64,000 nucleotides of DNA, from positions 85,457 to 149,456 of the forward strand of contig JASFYR010000010.1 in assembly GCA_045047115.1 (NCBI GenBank), read 5' to 3'. The notes under the pieces were generated by a model. The model was given only the letters and a program-made list of their open reading frames with translations, was not told the origin of the DNA and made no database searches. The translations under genes and the position numbers were made by a program. Below are positions 47,224-57,547 of this stretch, piece by piece; the first letter of the stretch is position 1; every line of letters starts with the position of its first letter. Origin of the DNA: Sulfurospirillum sp. (GTDB taxonomy: Bacteria; Campylobacterota; Campylobacteria; Campylobacterales; Sulfurospirillaceae).

Positions 47224-48722
47224 GCCAAAGCCTTTACAACATCTAAAATTGAACCATCCCTATAACGAATAGTGGCAACTACTTTATTACTATAGTTGAT
47301 AGGTTTTGGTTTTCCACAGATTCTTATGGCTTTTTTATACAAATCTTCTATCTCAACAATTGTGATACCAGCTTTTTTCAATCTCTGTTTTAATTCACTG
47401 TTTTTTGAATTTACGGCCACTCCTTGATCGGTTACTACTACATCTACTGTATTTCCTGGAGTTATGATTGCATTTACCCTGTTAACGACAGTCGGGATTC
47501 TTCCTCTCGTAAGCGGAGCTACTATGATAGAGAGTTTAGCTTCTGCTGCTGTATCACAATGTCCACCACTTGCCCCTCGCAGGATTCCTTTTGAACCGGT
47601 CAGAACATTTACATTGAAATCAACATCAATTTCCAAAGCACTAAGAACTACAACATCAAGCTGCTTTATGGCTGCTCCTTTTGAGCTTGGATTTGCATAT
47701 TGGTTTGCACTTATCTCTATATGGTTTGGATTCTCACCCAAAGATTTTGCTGCAAATTCATCAAAACTCTGAACATCCAAAAGAGTCTTAATCTGCCCTC
47801 TTTTTAGCATATAAACCATAGTTCCCGTGATACCGCCTAATCCAAAACTGGCTGTTATATTTTCCTCTTCCATTTTTTCACTAAGAAATATAGTCGTAGC
47901 CAAAGATGCTCCACCAGTTCCTGTTTGCAGACTGTATCCATTTTTAAAGAGTCCTGAATTTACTATAACTTTTGATGCCCTTCTTGCCAACAATAGCTCT
48001 TTTGGATTACTTGTCATTCTTGTAGCACCCTCTCCTATTTGACTAGGATCTCCTACTTCATCCACCAGAACTATGGCATCAACCTGGTCTTGGGTTATGC
48101 TTGCTGGAAAACTCGGATACTCCTCCAAGCTTTCACTTATAGCAACTACATACTTTGCGTATCTTGCATCTGTCATGGCATATCCCAAAGAGCCACATTT
48201 TGAGCGACCTTTATATCCCGAGGCATTTCCAAATCTGTCAATTACCGAAACCCCTATAAAAGCCACATCTATATTTAATTCACCTGATTTTATGAGATGG
48301 ACTCTTCCGCCGTGAGAGTGAATCTGAACCGGTTTTTCCATCAAGCCTCTTGAAATTGCCTCCCCTAATTTACTTCTTAATCCAGAGGTATATATCTGAG
48401 TAACGACTCCGTTTTTTATATGCTCTATCAATGGATCGTGAACACTTGCAAGTGAACTTGAAGCAAGCGTCAAATCCCTAAAACCCATCTGTGCTATCAC
48501 ATCCATAACCACATTTAAAACTTTATCTCCACCACGAAAAGCATGATGAAACGATATAGTCATACCATCTTTTAACCCTGATTTTTTTATACTCTCTTCT
48601 ATACTTTGACATATCTTGCCGGCTCTATATTTTCCGCTATGATCTTTCTCTTTTGCTTTAAAAAAATTTTTTTCAAGTGGAGTTAATTTTAATCTGTTTT
48701 TCATATCTTGTGCATCTATCAT
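47220..48722 (-). CDS. citF: Citrate lyase alpha subunit
   Basis: GMTISFHHAFRGGD, QTGTGGASLA, GASGGHCDTA. Confidence 0.96.
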   Translation of the reverse strand: MIDAQDMKNRLKLTPLEKNFFKAKEKDHSGKYRAGKICQSIEESIKKSGLKDGMTISFHHAFRGGDKVLNVVMDVIAQMGFRDLTLASSSLASVHDPLIEHIKNGVVTQIYTSGLRSKLGEAISRGLMEKPVQIHSHGGRVHLIKSGELNIDVAFIGVSVIDRFGNASGYKGRSKCGSLGYAMTDARYAKYVVAISESLEEYPSFPASITQDQVDAIVLVDEVGDPSQIGEGATRMTSNPKELLLARRASKVIVNSGLFKNGYSLQTGTGGASLATTIFLSEKMEEENITASFGLGGITGTMVYMLKRGQIKTLLDVQSFDEFAAKSLGENPNHIEISANQYANPSSKGAAIKQLDVVVLSALEIDVDFNVNVLTGSKGILRGASGGHCDTAAEAKLSIIVAPLTRGRIPTVVNRVNAIITPGNTVDVVVTDQGVAVNSKNSELKQRLKKAGITIVEIEDLYKKAIRICGKPKPINYSNKVVATIRYRDGSILDVVKALA

Positions 48723-49600
48723 TCATCGCCTCCTAGCATGCCTGAAGCTTTAGCTAAATCAAGTGTCCACTCGGCTCTCGCAATAACCGGTGCATCAACC
48801 ATCTTTCCATCGATAGATACGACCCCCAAGCCTCTCTCTTTTGCATTTGCAGAGGCTTCTATAACATCAAGTGCCCATTCAACATCCTCTTTTGAAGGAG
48901 CAAATATTTTATGTAAAACAGAGATTTGATTTGGATTTATCAGCGATTTCCCGTCAAAACCCAAATCTTTTATATATTTAGCCTCTCTCATAAATCCTTC
49001 CTTATCTCTTACATCGGAAAAGACAGAATCGAAAGCATGTATTTTTGCAGCACGGGCTGCTAGAAGTATCTGAGCGCGAGCAACCATCAGTTCTGAACCG
49101 GCCTTGGTTCTTTGGGTATGCAAATCCCTCACAAAATCCTCAGCCCCAAGCGCTACCCCCATCAGTCTGTCACTGCATCTTGCGATATCAACCGCATTTA
49201 CCACACCCTGTGCACTCTCTATCGCTGCTAAAAGCTTGGTTTTTTTATTTGTACCTATTTTAAACTCTATCTTCTCTATCACCTCTTGCATATCCAACAC
49301 ATCTTCTACTGTATCTGTCTTTGGAAGCCTAATGATATCAACTCCTGCTCTTATAACGGCTTCTAAATCCAAAAGCCCATATATACTATGTAGAGGATTT
49401 ACTCTTACAGCAGTCTCAACATCTTCATAGGTAAAGTGTTGCAAAGCATGATAAACCATCAATCTAGCTGAATCTTTCTCTTCTATCGCAACAGAGTCTT
49501 CTAGATCAAACATTACGGTGTCCGGCCTATATACAAAAGCGTTACAAACCATAGATGTATTTGAGCCTGGCACAAAAAGCATACTTCTTCTTAATTTCAT
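48719..49600 (-). CDS. citE: Citrate lyase beta subunit
   Basis: RRSMLFVPG, FDLEDSV, GAEDF. Confidence 0.95.
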   Translation of the reverse strand: MKLRRSMLFVPGSNTSMVCNAFVYRPDTVMFDLEDSVAIEEKDSARLMVYHALQHFTYEDVETAVRVNPLHSIYGLLDLEAVIRAGVDIIRLPKTDTVEDVLDMQEVIEKIEFKIGTNKKTKLLAAIESAQGVVNAVDIARCSDRLMGVALGAEDFVRDLHTQRTKAGSELMVARAQILLAARAAKIHAFDSVFSDVRDKEGFMREAKYIKDLGFDGKSLINPNQISVLHKIFAPSKEDVEWALDVIEASANAKERGLGVVSIDGKMVDAPVIARAEWTLDLAKASGMLGGDE

Positions 49601-49893
49601 AGTTTATCCCATTCTATCTTTTCATCTTCATTTGCCCTTAATATTGCAGCTTGAAGTCTTGCTTTTATCACATAGTCAAGTGCACCTTTGTCCTGAACTT
49701 TCACGCTTATATAGCTGATATCCAGTTCTTTTATAATTTTTTTTATCAACTCTCTGATATCATCACCATACATCTCTTCAACACTACTTTGAAGTTCAAT
49801 TTTGATTTTGTCCTCATCTATTGGCTCTATCTGTATAAAAGCATCGCTAGACTCCAATGTTCCGGCATATGCACTTTTTTTGATTTTTCTCAT
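49597..49893 (-). CDS. citD: Citrate lyase acyl carrier protein
   Basis: AGTLESSD, DKGALD. Confidence 0.95.
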   Translation of the reverse strand: MRKIKKSAYAGTLESSDAFIQIEPIDEDKIKIELQSSVEEMYGDDIRELIKKIIKELDISYISVKVQDKGALDYVIKARLQAAILRANEDEKIEWDKL

Positions 49894-49901
49894 ATTTTTT
49901 C

Positions 49902-50909
49902 CTACATTTTTTCTAAAAATTCCAGCGTACTTGCAGGAACAATTTTTTTTAATTCATCAAATTTCTTAACTCTAAGCAAGTCTCTTACTCTTGAAGCTGA
50001 GATAGCTTTTCCATTTTTTTCAATTCGTTGTATCTCAACTACTTCGATAGAGTTTGATTTTCCATTAGGATTTTCCAGTATTTTTTTCATATTTTTATTG
50101 TAGTTATTGGTAACAACACAATATGGCTCAGTCCCCACAAATCTGTGAGTAATACCCAATACAGGTGCAAGATGATTTCTAAACACACTCAAATCAAGCT
50201 TCGCATGCAGCTCATTGATTTTGCCTTTGTCCTTTATAAAATAAGTAGGAAATGTTGCATTTGATATGATATAGTCCGAGCCCTCATGCACTGTAACATT
50301 TGGGATATAAGATACACCTTTTTTGATTAACTTGATTCTATCAACAAACTTAAATTCAGAAAGGTCTTCTTTAACAACAAACAGATGCAACCAATCTGAT
50401 TTTTTCGCAGCCTCTTCAACCAGGTATTGGTGTCCTAGAGTAAAAGGGTTTGCATTCATAACTATACTGCCTATTACATTGCCGTCTCTTGCACTCGAAG
50501 CCAATTTATTTTTATAAATCTCAAGATTATCGCTGTTTTCCATGAGCATTATCTCATTGTCACAATTTTCTATGAGCTTGAAGCCACATCCTTCAAAAAG
50601 CTCCATATTGTTAGGGGTACTAAATATAAAAAGAACTTTTATGCCTTTGGTGTATGAGATATTGATAAGACGAGTCATGATGGAGAGTATAAGCCCCTCT
50701 CCTCTTCTGTGCGGTGCCACAGCAATACCCTTGAGAACTTTACCGTCAAGCCCACCACAAGCTATAAGCTTATTGCCATCTTTGGCTATCACAAAATTTT
50801 CTATACTGTTCGGAAAGTCCAAACCCATAGCATTTAAAAATTTTTCTACTCTTTTGACTCTTCTACTGTTTGTAAAATCAAACTCAGAAAAACTGATAGA
50901 TGAATCCAT
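49902..50909 (-). CDS. citC: [Citrate lyase] ligase
   Basis: VMNANPFTLGH, YIISNATFP, RFVGTEP, ISASRVR. Confidence 0.95.
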   Translation of the reverse strand: MDSSISFSEFDFTNSRRVKRVEKFLNAMGLDFPNSIENFVIAKDGNKLIACGGLDGKVLKGIAVAPHRRGEGLILSIMTRLINISYTKGIKVLFIFSTPNNMELFEGCGFKLIENCDNEIMLMENSDNLEIYKNKLASSARDGNVIGSIVMNANPFTLGHQYLVEEAAKKSDWLHLFVVKEDLSEFKFVDRIKLIKKGVSYIPNVTVHEGSDYIISNATFPTYFIKDKGKINELHAKLDLSVFRNHLAPVLGITHRFVGTEPYCVVTNNYNKNMKKILENPNGKSNSIEVVEIQRIEKNGKAISASRVRDLLRVKKFDELKKIVPASTLEFLEKM

Positions 50910-51000
50910 TATGAATTAGCCTAATATTTTTTGGTGGAATTATAGCACTTTTAAACTTATATTGATAAATATTTATAAATTAAATTTTCGTAAGATTTTT

Positions 51001-51031
51001 GTGCTTAGCGATCAATTTGAGCACTAAGCAC
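51001..51031 (-). terminator. Hairpin downstream of rplS
   Basis: GTGCTTAG...CTAAGCAC. Confidence 0.5.
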
Positions 51032-51046
51032 TATATGCTGTAGTTA

Positions 51047-51403
51047 TTATTTTCTAAGTTCTCTAATTTTTGCAGCTTTTCCTCTTCTGTCTCTTAGATA
51101 GAAAAGTTTAGCTCTTCTTACCCTGCCTCTTCTGACAACAGTTATACTGTCTATACTATCAGAATATAGTGGGAAAATTCTCTCAACGCCAACAGAGTTT
51201 GCACCTATTTTTCTTACATTGAAAGTGGCTCCTGTACCTGTTCCTCTTTTAGCTATACAAACACCCTCATAATTTTGAATTCTCTGTTTGTCGCCCTCTT
51301 TAATAGTAACAGCTACTCTTAGCGTATCGCCGGCTCTAAAATCAGGAATATTTTTTTCGCTAACTTGCGCTTTCTCAAAAGCATCTACATACTTGTTTCT
51401 CAT
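51047..51403 (-). CDS. rplS: 50S ribosomal protein L19
   Basis: FRAGDT...GVERIFP...RRAKLFYLR. Confidence 0.98.
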   Translation of the reverse strand: MRNKYVDAFEKAQVSEKNIPDFRAGDTLRVAVTIKEGDKQRIQNYEGVCIAKRGTGTGATFNVRKIGANSVGVERIFPLYSDSIDSITVVRRGRVRRAKLFYLRDRRGKAAKIRELRK

Positions 51404-51404
51404 A

Positions 51405-52097
51405 TCATTTTCCTTTTACATTTCGCAAAAATAGGTCCGGCCTGAAATATTTTGTCTTAAGACCCGACATTTCTTTTTTTAAGGTGCAGATTATAGCGTG
51501 ATTTCCCTTTAAAAACTCTGAGGGAATAGCACTATTTCTAAAAACATTTGGTTTTGTAAAAGATGGTGCTTCTAAAACTCCATCCTCAAAACTCTCTTCT
51601 CTCAAAGAGTCCTCATTTCCAAGCACACCTTTTACATTTCTAGCTATGGCATCACTCATCACCAAACTAGCCAACTCACCACCCGTGAGTACATAGTCAC
51701 CTATAGAGAAAACCTCATCCGCGTACTCCTCGATAACTCTCTCATCAATTCCCTCATACCTTCCGCTTACAAAAATAATATGTTCTTTTCCTGCCAATCT
51801 TTTCGCATCTATCTGACGAAAAGGCTTGGCTGATGGAACAGGAAAAATGATATGCGCATATGGAGATTCTCTTTTGATAGTATCCAGCAAATCGCAAAGA
51901 GGCTGAGGATACATCAAAAGTCCCGCTCCACCACCTGCTTGGTAATCATCTACTTTATTGTGCTTATTCCTTGTAAAATCCCGAGGATTTTTAAAATCTA
52001 TCTCTATCTTCTTTTTCTCTTTTGCTATTTTTAAAATAGAGTCTTCAAAATAGGGAGATATAAGATCAGGAAAGAGAGTGACAAAGGTAAATCTCAT
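51405..52097 (-). CDS. trmD: tRNA (guanine-N1)-methyltransferase
   Basis: [28 protein letters not shown]. Confidence 0.97.
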   Translation of the reverse strand: MRFTFVTLFPDLISPYFEDSILKIAKEKKKIEIDFKNPRDFTRNKHNKVDDYQAGGGAGLLMYPQPLCDLLDTIKRESPYAHIIFPVPSAKPFRQIDAKRLAGKEHIIFVSGRYEGIDERVIEEYADEVFSIGDYVLTGGELASLVMSDAIARNVKGVLGNEDSLREESFEDGVLEAPSFTKPNVFRNSAIPSEFLKGNHAIICTLKKEMSGLKTKYFRPDLFLRNVKGK

Positions 52098-52630
52098 GAA
52101 TTTTCCAATATCCCAAATGTATCTTTGCTTTGTATAATCTTTTCCTCTTTATCAAAATCAAGAATATATCTATCTATGTAAGGAATATAAAAGAGCTTCG
52201 GAAAATTTTGTTTGACTAAATCTTCATCTGTTTTTATTACAAGATAATCGGTTGCTCCAATTCTCTTTATATCTTCAACTACTCCTAAAACTTTGCTTTC
52301 ATCTTTTAAGATTGAACCTATCATTTCAAACCAAAAAAACTCACCTTCTTGCAGATTGCAATCTTTTTTGGAATTCTCTTTTGTGGTAAAAAGATTTATA
52401 TTTACAAGTTTCTGGGCATCTTCACGATTATCATATCCCTTGAAAGAGACCAGTCCTTTTTTTATACTAAATGAGTTGATTTCTAATTTGAAGTTTCTAT
52501 CTGTAAGAAAGGAGGCGCTTTTATGAAATTGTTCAGGGAAATCACAATAAATATTTAGCTTCAATTCACCTTTTAAGCCTACAAGTCGCCCTATTTTGGC
52601 GACTTGTAGTAACTCGTCACTATTTTTCAT
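52094..52630 (-). CDS. rimM: Ribosome maturation factor RimM
   Basis: GLKGELK, EGEFFW, IPY; synteny. Confidence 0.93.
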   Translation of the reverse strand: MKNSDELLQVAKIGRLVGLKGELKLNIYCDFPEQFHKSASFLTDRNFKLEINSFSIKKGLVSFKGYDNREDAQKLVNINLFTTKENSKKDCNLQEGEFFWFEMIGSILKDESKVLGVVEDIKRIGATDYLVIKTDEDLVKQNFPKLFYIPYIDRYILDFDKEEKIIQSKDTFGILENS

Positions 52631-52631
52631 C

Positions 52632-52877
52632 TTATTCGTCGTTTGCTTTTACGCTCACTCTATATGAGATTCCGTCTTTTGCTTTACAACCTGATATGAT
52701 TGTCTTTAGAGAATTAATCATCTTTCCGTCTTTACCGATAAGTTTACCGGTATCTCCTTTGTCGGCATAAATAGTCACCTCAGAAAAAGTCTCATCAACA
52801 TCTGTTTTCTCTATTCTTACATTTTTAGGATTATCAACTAAAAGCTTTGCAAACTCATAAAAAAATTGATCTATCAT
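52632..52877 (-). CDS. khpA: KH-domain RNA-binding protein
   Basis: GKLIGKDG; located between rpsP and rimM. Confidence 0.88.
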   Translation of the reverse strand: MIDQFFYEFAKLLVDNPKNVRIEKTDVDETFSEVTIYADKGDTGKLIGKDGKMINSLKTIISGCKAKDGISYRVSVKANDE

Positions 52878-52879
52878 CG

Positions 52880-53107
52880 TTATTTACCGGCGATTTTTGC
52901 AACCCTGTCGCTTACTTTTGCACCAACACTTTTCCAATAATTGAGTCTATCCATATCAATTTTGATAGTTTCGGGCTCACTTAGAGGATTATAATAACCG
53001 ATAGACTCTATCCATCCGCTATCTCTTCTTTTTCTACTGTCTGTTACTACAATTCTATAAAATGGCTTCTTTTTTCTTCCCATTCTAGTTAGTCTTACTG
53101 TTGTCAT
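52880..53107 (-). CDS. rpsP: 30S ribosomal protein S16
   Basis: [20 protein letters not shown]. Confidence 0.98.
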   Translation of the reverse strand: MTTVRLTRMGRKKKPFYRIVVTDSRKRRDSGWIESIGYYNPLSEPETIKIDMDRLNYWKSVGAKVSDRVAKIAGK

Positions 53108-53282
53108 CTTTTTCCTTTTTTAAAATATGTGTACATGTAGAGGTTAAATTGCAGAATAAATGAGTTATAATGCCTCTTTACCACCACATAGGTGTCATAC
53201 AACTCTTGATCACAGAGGGATTATTGCAAGAGTCAAAACAAGCGTGAATTATACCCTAAACTTCTTGAAAAGTAAAGGAAGT

Positions 53283-54626
53283 CTATCTTGGAATCCCCTG
53301 TCTTTGTGATTGAGATAGCATATTTTGGAGATCTTGCATACCTTTTTTACCAGAGAATTTCTTTGCCATTTTTGCAGCATTTTTAAACTGCTTCAAAAAT
53401 CTATTGACCTCCATTTGTGAAAGTCCTGCACCTTGTGCTATTCTTCTTTTTCTACTGTTATTTAAAAGCGAAGGCAACTCTCTCTCTTTTTTTGTCATAG
53501 AACCTATCATCGCTTTAATTCTCTTCATTTCTACTGAGTTTTCCAAATCCATATCTTTTAGCTTGCCTGCCATCCCTGACATACCTGGAATCATACCCAT
53601 AAGAGACTTCATACTTCCCAGTTTTTTCATCTGCTCCATCTGGGCTAAAAAGTCATCGAAGTTAAACTCACCTTTTTTTATCTTACTTGTGATTTTTTTC
53701 GCTTCTCTCTCGTCTATGATGGCACTTGTCTTTTCAGCCAAAGTCTCCAAATCGCCTTCTCCCATCAGACGATTTACGATACGATCACTTATAAACAGCT
53801 CCAAATCAGCCACTTTTTCACCCGTACCTATAAAACGAAGTGGAATACCAACAAGTGAAGCAATACCAAGTGCCACACCGCCCTTGCTGTCACCATCGTA
53901 TTTGCTCAAGATAACTCCGCTGATACCTATCTTTTCATTAAATGAGTTTGCACTCCTAACAGCATCTTGGCCACTCAATGAATCAGCCACATAGAAAATC
54001 TCATCAGGGCTCAAAGATTTTTTTATCCCCTCAAGTTCGCTCATAAGCTCATCATCTATCGCCAATCTTCCTGCAGTATCAACCAATAGAACATCATAAA
54101 GACCGTTTTTTGCCTCTTTTAGCGCATTTTTTGCAATTTTAACCGGATTTTTCTCACTCTCATCTGAAAACAGATCAATCTCATTTGTTTCACAAAGTTG
54201 CTTTAACTGTTCGATTGCTGCCAGTCTTTGCAAGTCACAAGCTGCAATGAGAACTCTCTTTTGTCTAAGCTTAAGATAATTTGCCAATTTTACAGTAGTT
54301 GTTGTCTTACCACTTCCTTGAAGACCTGCCATCAAAACAACAGTAGGTGGCTTTGAAGCATAAACAAAGCCTTGATTTCCAGGAGCCGTTAACATCTGGG
54401 TTAGATTTGATTTTAGTGATTTTAAAAAATTTAACTGACCAATTCCAGCTGTTTTTGTCTCTATTTCTACTCTTTTTAGCAGCTCTTTTACAACTTTGTG
54501 ATGCACATCAGCTTTAAGCAAAGATCTTTTCAGAGTGTCAAGAGCCTTTTTCAGGGACTTTTCGTCATCTGCAAACCTAATTTTATTTATAGCACTCTTG
54601 AACGAGTCAGTCAAAACACTAAACAA
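53283..54626 (-). CDS. ffh: Signal recognition particle protein
   Basis: GLQGSGKTT, DTAGR, Met-rich M domain. Confidence 0.98.
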   Translation of the reverse strand: MFSVLTDSFKSAINKIRFADDEKSLKKALDTLKRSLLKADVHHKVVKELLKRVEIETKTAGIGQLNFLKSLKSNLTQMLTAPGNQGFVYASKPPTVVLMAGLQGSGKTTTTVKLANYLKLRQKRVLIAACDLQRLAAIEQLKQLCETNEIDLFSDESEKNPVKIAKNALKEAKNGLYDVLLVDTAGRLAIDDELMSELEGIKKSLSPDEIFYVADSLSGQDAVRSANSFNEKIGISGVILSKYDGDSKGGVALGIASLVGIPLRFIGTGEKVADLELFISDRIVNRLMGEGDLETLAEKTSAIIDEREAKKITSKIKKGEFNFDDFLAQMEQMKKLGSMKSLMGMIPGMSGMAGKLKDMDLENSVEMKRIKAMIGSMTKKERELPSLLNNSRKRRIAQGAGLSQMEVNRFLKQFKNAAKMAKKFSGKKGMQDLQNMLSQSQRQGIPR

Positions 54627-54763
54627 ATCAACTCCTTAAAATCTATCGTTAAAGGCTGTGATGATACATAAATCTTGCTTTGAGTCTAATAAAAAGGGTT
54701 ATTAAATAAATATTAATCTTTTTTTACTATAATCTTTTTTAAAAAATCACTTAAGGAATAAAA

Positions 54764-55288
54764 TTGAAAAAAACTGTACTTATAATCTTGGCATTGAGTG
54801 TTCTGGTATTTAGTGGCTGTAGTGATAAAAAGGTAGAAAATCCAAATATCCAAAATATCAACTCTCTTACGAACGATATAACAGTCGGGAAGACATTTCA
54901 AAACATAACACTTAAAGACCAATTTGACAAACCTGTCAGCCTGAACGACAAGACCACAAAGGTGATATTTGTATTTAAAAAAGCAAGTGGTCATACTGCT
55001 AGAGGCTTACTTGATTCAAAACCTGATGATTATCTTTTAAATAAAAATGTAGCATTTATAGCTGATATCAGCGGTATGCCTTCAATCATAGCGTCCATGT
55101 TTGCCATACCTGATTTCAAAAAACACAAGTATCCTGTAATGCTCATAAGAGATGAAAAAGTTTCTGCAAAATACAGAAGTGACAAATATGAGGATTATAT
55201 AGCTATCATCAGTCTAAGCAACTTCAAAATTACAAAGATAACTCTTGTTAGCACAGGAAAGCAACTTGAAAAAATACTAGAGCAATAA
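54764..55288 (+). CDS. Hypothetical lipoprotein
   Basis: Lipobox FSGC; LKDQFD...ADISGMP. Confidence 0.75.
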   Translation: MKKTVLIILALSVLVFSGCSDKKVENPNIQNINSLTNDITVGKTFQNITLKDQFDKPVSLNDKTTKVIFVFKKASGHTARGLLDSKPDDYLLNKNVAFIADISGMPSIIASMFAIPDFKKHKYPVMLIRDEKVSAKYRSDKYEDYIAIISLSNFKITKITLVSTGKQLEKILEQ

Positions 55289-55289
55289 A

Positions 55290-56627
55290 ATAAAAAAATA
55301 TGTTGATTTAACAAAAGGTTCCATAAAACAACACATAAAGAATATTGCCATACCTTCATCAATCGGGTATTTTTTTCATACAATGTTTAATGTAACAGAT
55401 ACTTTTTTTGCCGGCAAAATCTCAACCCAGTCTTTGGCGGCACTCTCTTTAACTTTTTCGATATTTTTTATCATCATTGCGATAGCAGGGGGCATGAGTC
55501 AAGGAGTAACGGCTCTGATTGGAAATGCACTGGGTGGAAAAAACAAAGAGCATGCCAAACAAATCATATGGCATTCATTAATAATATCTCTTTTTTTATC
55601 TATTTTTTTAAGTATCATTGGACTGCTTCTATCTCCTTATCTGATGAAACTTTTGGGGGCAGAAGGAGGATACCTGAGTGATGCCCTCTCATACATAAAC
55701 ATCATACTCCTGGGCTCCTTCTTTTTTGTTGGAGCTTTCTTTTTAAATGCTATGCTCAACTCCATGGGAAATACGATAGCATTTAGAAACTTTTTAACAG
55801 GTGGGTTTCTTTTAAATATAGTGCTTGACCTCTGGTTTACCAAAGGTGGACTAGGCTTGCCTCCCCTTGGTATTAAAGGAGTTGCCTTAGCAACAATCAT
55901 AATAGAATTTTTAGGTATGATTTATCTCTTGATAACTTTAAAAAAATCACACCTCTTGCAAGATATGCCAAAATTCAGATATGATAGAAATATTATAATA
56001 TCTTTTTTAAAACAAGGAGTTCCACCAACGATAAATATGCTCCTTATGGCCTTGGGTATGTTCATCATCACATACTACATATCTCCTTTTGGCAAGCATG
56101 TGGTTGCAGCATATGGAGTATCCATAAGGATAGAGCAGATATTTTTACTGCCAAGTCTTGGTATAAATGTTGCTGTTCTATCCATAGTATCACAAAACAG
56201 TGGTGCAAAGCTAAATGAACGAATAAAAGAGACTGTAAAACTGGCTCAAAAAATCGGTCTGATTATCTGGATAGCAGGTATAATCTTTATATATATTTTT
56301 GGTCGACAACTTATAGGTTTTTTCACACAGGACAAGGAAGTCATAGAAGCCGGACTCGGATACTTGCATGCTGCGGGAATATCTCTGTATGCTTATATAT
56401 TGGTTTTTATAAATATCTCGTTTCTCCAGGGCATAAAAAAGCCGGCCCTGCTTGTGTATCTCAGTCTCTTTAGGCAACTCATAGTTCCTATAGCTCTCTT
56501 TAGTTTACTTACCTTTTTTGGCGCTCCTGTGTTTTTCTATTGGTGGAGTATCGTACTTGTTATCTGGTGTTCGGCATTTTTTATGCTTTGGTATGCCAAA
56601 AAAGAATTAAAACGATTAAATCTATAG
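55290..56627 (+). CDS. MATE efflux transporter; probable ATA start (first ATG at 55383)
   Basis: MATE motifs; in-frame upstream IKKYVDLTKGSIKQHIKNIAIP matches the usual MATE N-terminus. Confidence 0.85.
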   Translation: MKKYVDLTKGSIKQHIKNIAIPSSIGYFFHTMFNVTDTFFAGKISTQSLAALSLTFSIFFIIIAIAGGMSQGVTALIGNALGGKNKEHAKQIIWHSLIISLFLSIFLSIIGLLLSPYLMKLLGAEGGYLSDALSYINIILLGSFFFVGAFFLNAMLNSMGNTIAFRNFLTGGFLLNIVLDLWFTKGGLGLPPLGIKGVALATIIIEFLGMIYLLITLKKSHLLQDMPKFRYDRNIIISFLKQGVPPTINMLLMALGMFIITYYISPFGKHVVAAYGVSIRIEQIFLLPSLGINVAVLSIVSQNSGAKLNERIKETVKLAQKIGLIIWIAGIIFIYIFGRQLIGFFTQDKEVIEAGLGYLHAAGISLYAYILVFINISFLQGIKKPALLVYLSLFRQLIVPIALFSLLTFFGAPVFFYWWSIVLVIWCSAFFMLWYAKKELKRLNL

Positions 56628-56692
56628 ATTTACTTGATTTTAGATAAAATTATGGTATGATTAGACCAATAATTTAAAAGCAAGGAAGCAAA

Positions 56693-57124
56693 ATGCCCAA
56701 AGCCTGTCCAATCTCTCTAAGAAGTATCGACTCAAATCTTGTTCGCATTATATCGATGCAAGTAACTTTGGTAACTATAGCGTTAATCATCACTAAACTA
56801 CCTATTTTTGCATTTATACTGCTGTTTGATTTTTCCACCAGGGCAATTAGAAAACAGTGGTTGAGCCCATTTTTGATAATGGCTAAAATTACTGCTAATA
56901 TATTTGATTTAAAGGCAAACTTGTGCGATGAAGCCCCTAAAAGATTTGCACTTTTTATGGGTTTGGCAATCACATTAACATTAAGTATACTTTATATAAG
57001 CAATTTGTTTATATTCGCAACGATTGTTTCGCTCATACTTTTAGCATGTGCACTGCTGGAAACAATATTTGATTTTTGTCTAGGGTGTAAAATATATCAG
57101 ATATTACACTTGCTAAGGAGATAG
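56693..57124 (+). CDS. DUF4395-like membrane protein
   Basis: PKRFA...G and FCLGCKIY. Confidence 0.8.
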   Translation: MPKACPISLRSIDSNLVRIISMQVTLVTIALIITKLPIFAFILLFDFSTRAIRKQWLSPFLIMAKITANIFDLKANLCDEAPKRFALFMGLAITLTLSILYISNLFIFATIVSLILLACALLETIFDFCLGCKIYQILHLLRR

Positions 57125-57126
57125 AC

Positions 57127-57540
57127 ATGGTTGGCATTACATCTAAAACCGTATATGCTGTTGCGGCTCTCTATCAGCTTGGCTCTTGCGAGAAAAATCA
57201 AACACTTAAGATAAAAGAGATAGCCGCTAAAGCAAAAATTCCGCAAAGATTTTTAGAGCAAATTCTGCTGGAGCTTAGAAAAAACAGAGTGCTAGCGAGC
57301 ATAAAGGGAGCACACGGTGGCTACAAACTGGCAAAACCACTCGAAGAGATAAAGCTCTCAGAGATCATATCTATACTCGAAAATGATATATCTTCAGATA
57401 TTTGTAAAACAAACAATAGCGTACTTAAACTTTTTTGGAGTAATGTACAATCCAATTTAAACACAGTTTTTGATACTCCTTTATCTGAATTTAAAAGATG
57501 CGAAGAAAAGATAAACCAGATAGTCAATTTTTCCATATGA
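57127..57540 (+). CDS. Rrf2 family regulator
   Basis: IPQRFLEQILLEL...SIKGAHGGYKLA. Confidence 0.93.
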   Translation: MVGITSKTVYAVAALYQLGSCEKNQTLKIKEIAAKAKIPQRFLEQILLELRKNRVLASIKGAHGGYKLAKPLEEIKLSEIISILENDISSDICKTNNSVLKLFWSNVQSNLNTVFDTPLSEFKRCEEKINQIVNFSI

Positions 57541-57547
57541 GGCAAAC

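Noticed and set aside
53404..53994. Long antisense ORFs (also 59937..60470, 49651..50103 and many shorter ones)
   Set aside because: Opposite well-supported genes, with no recognisable motifs
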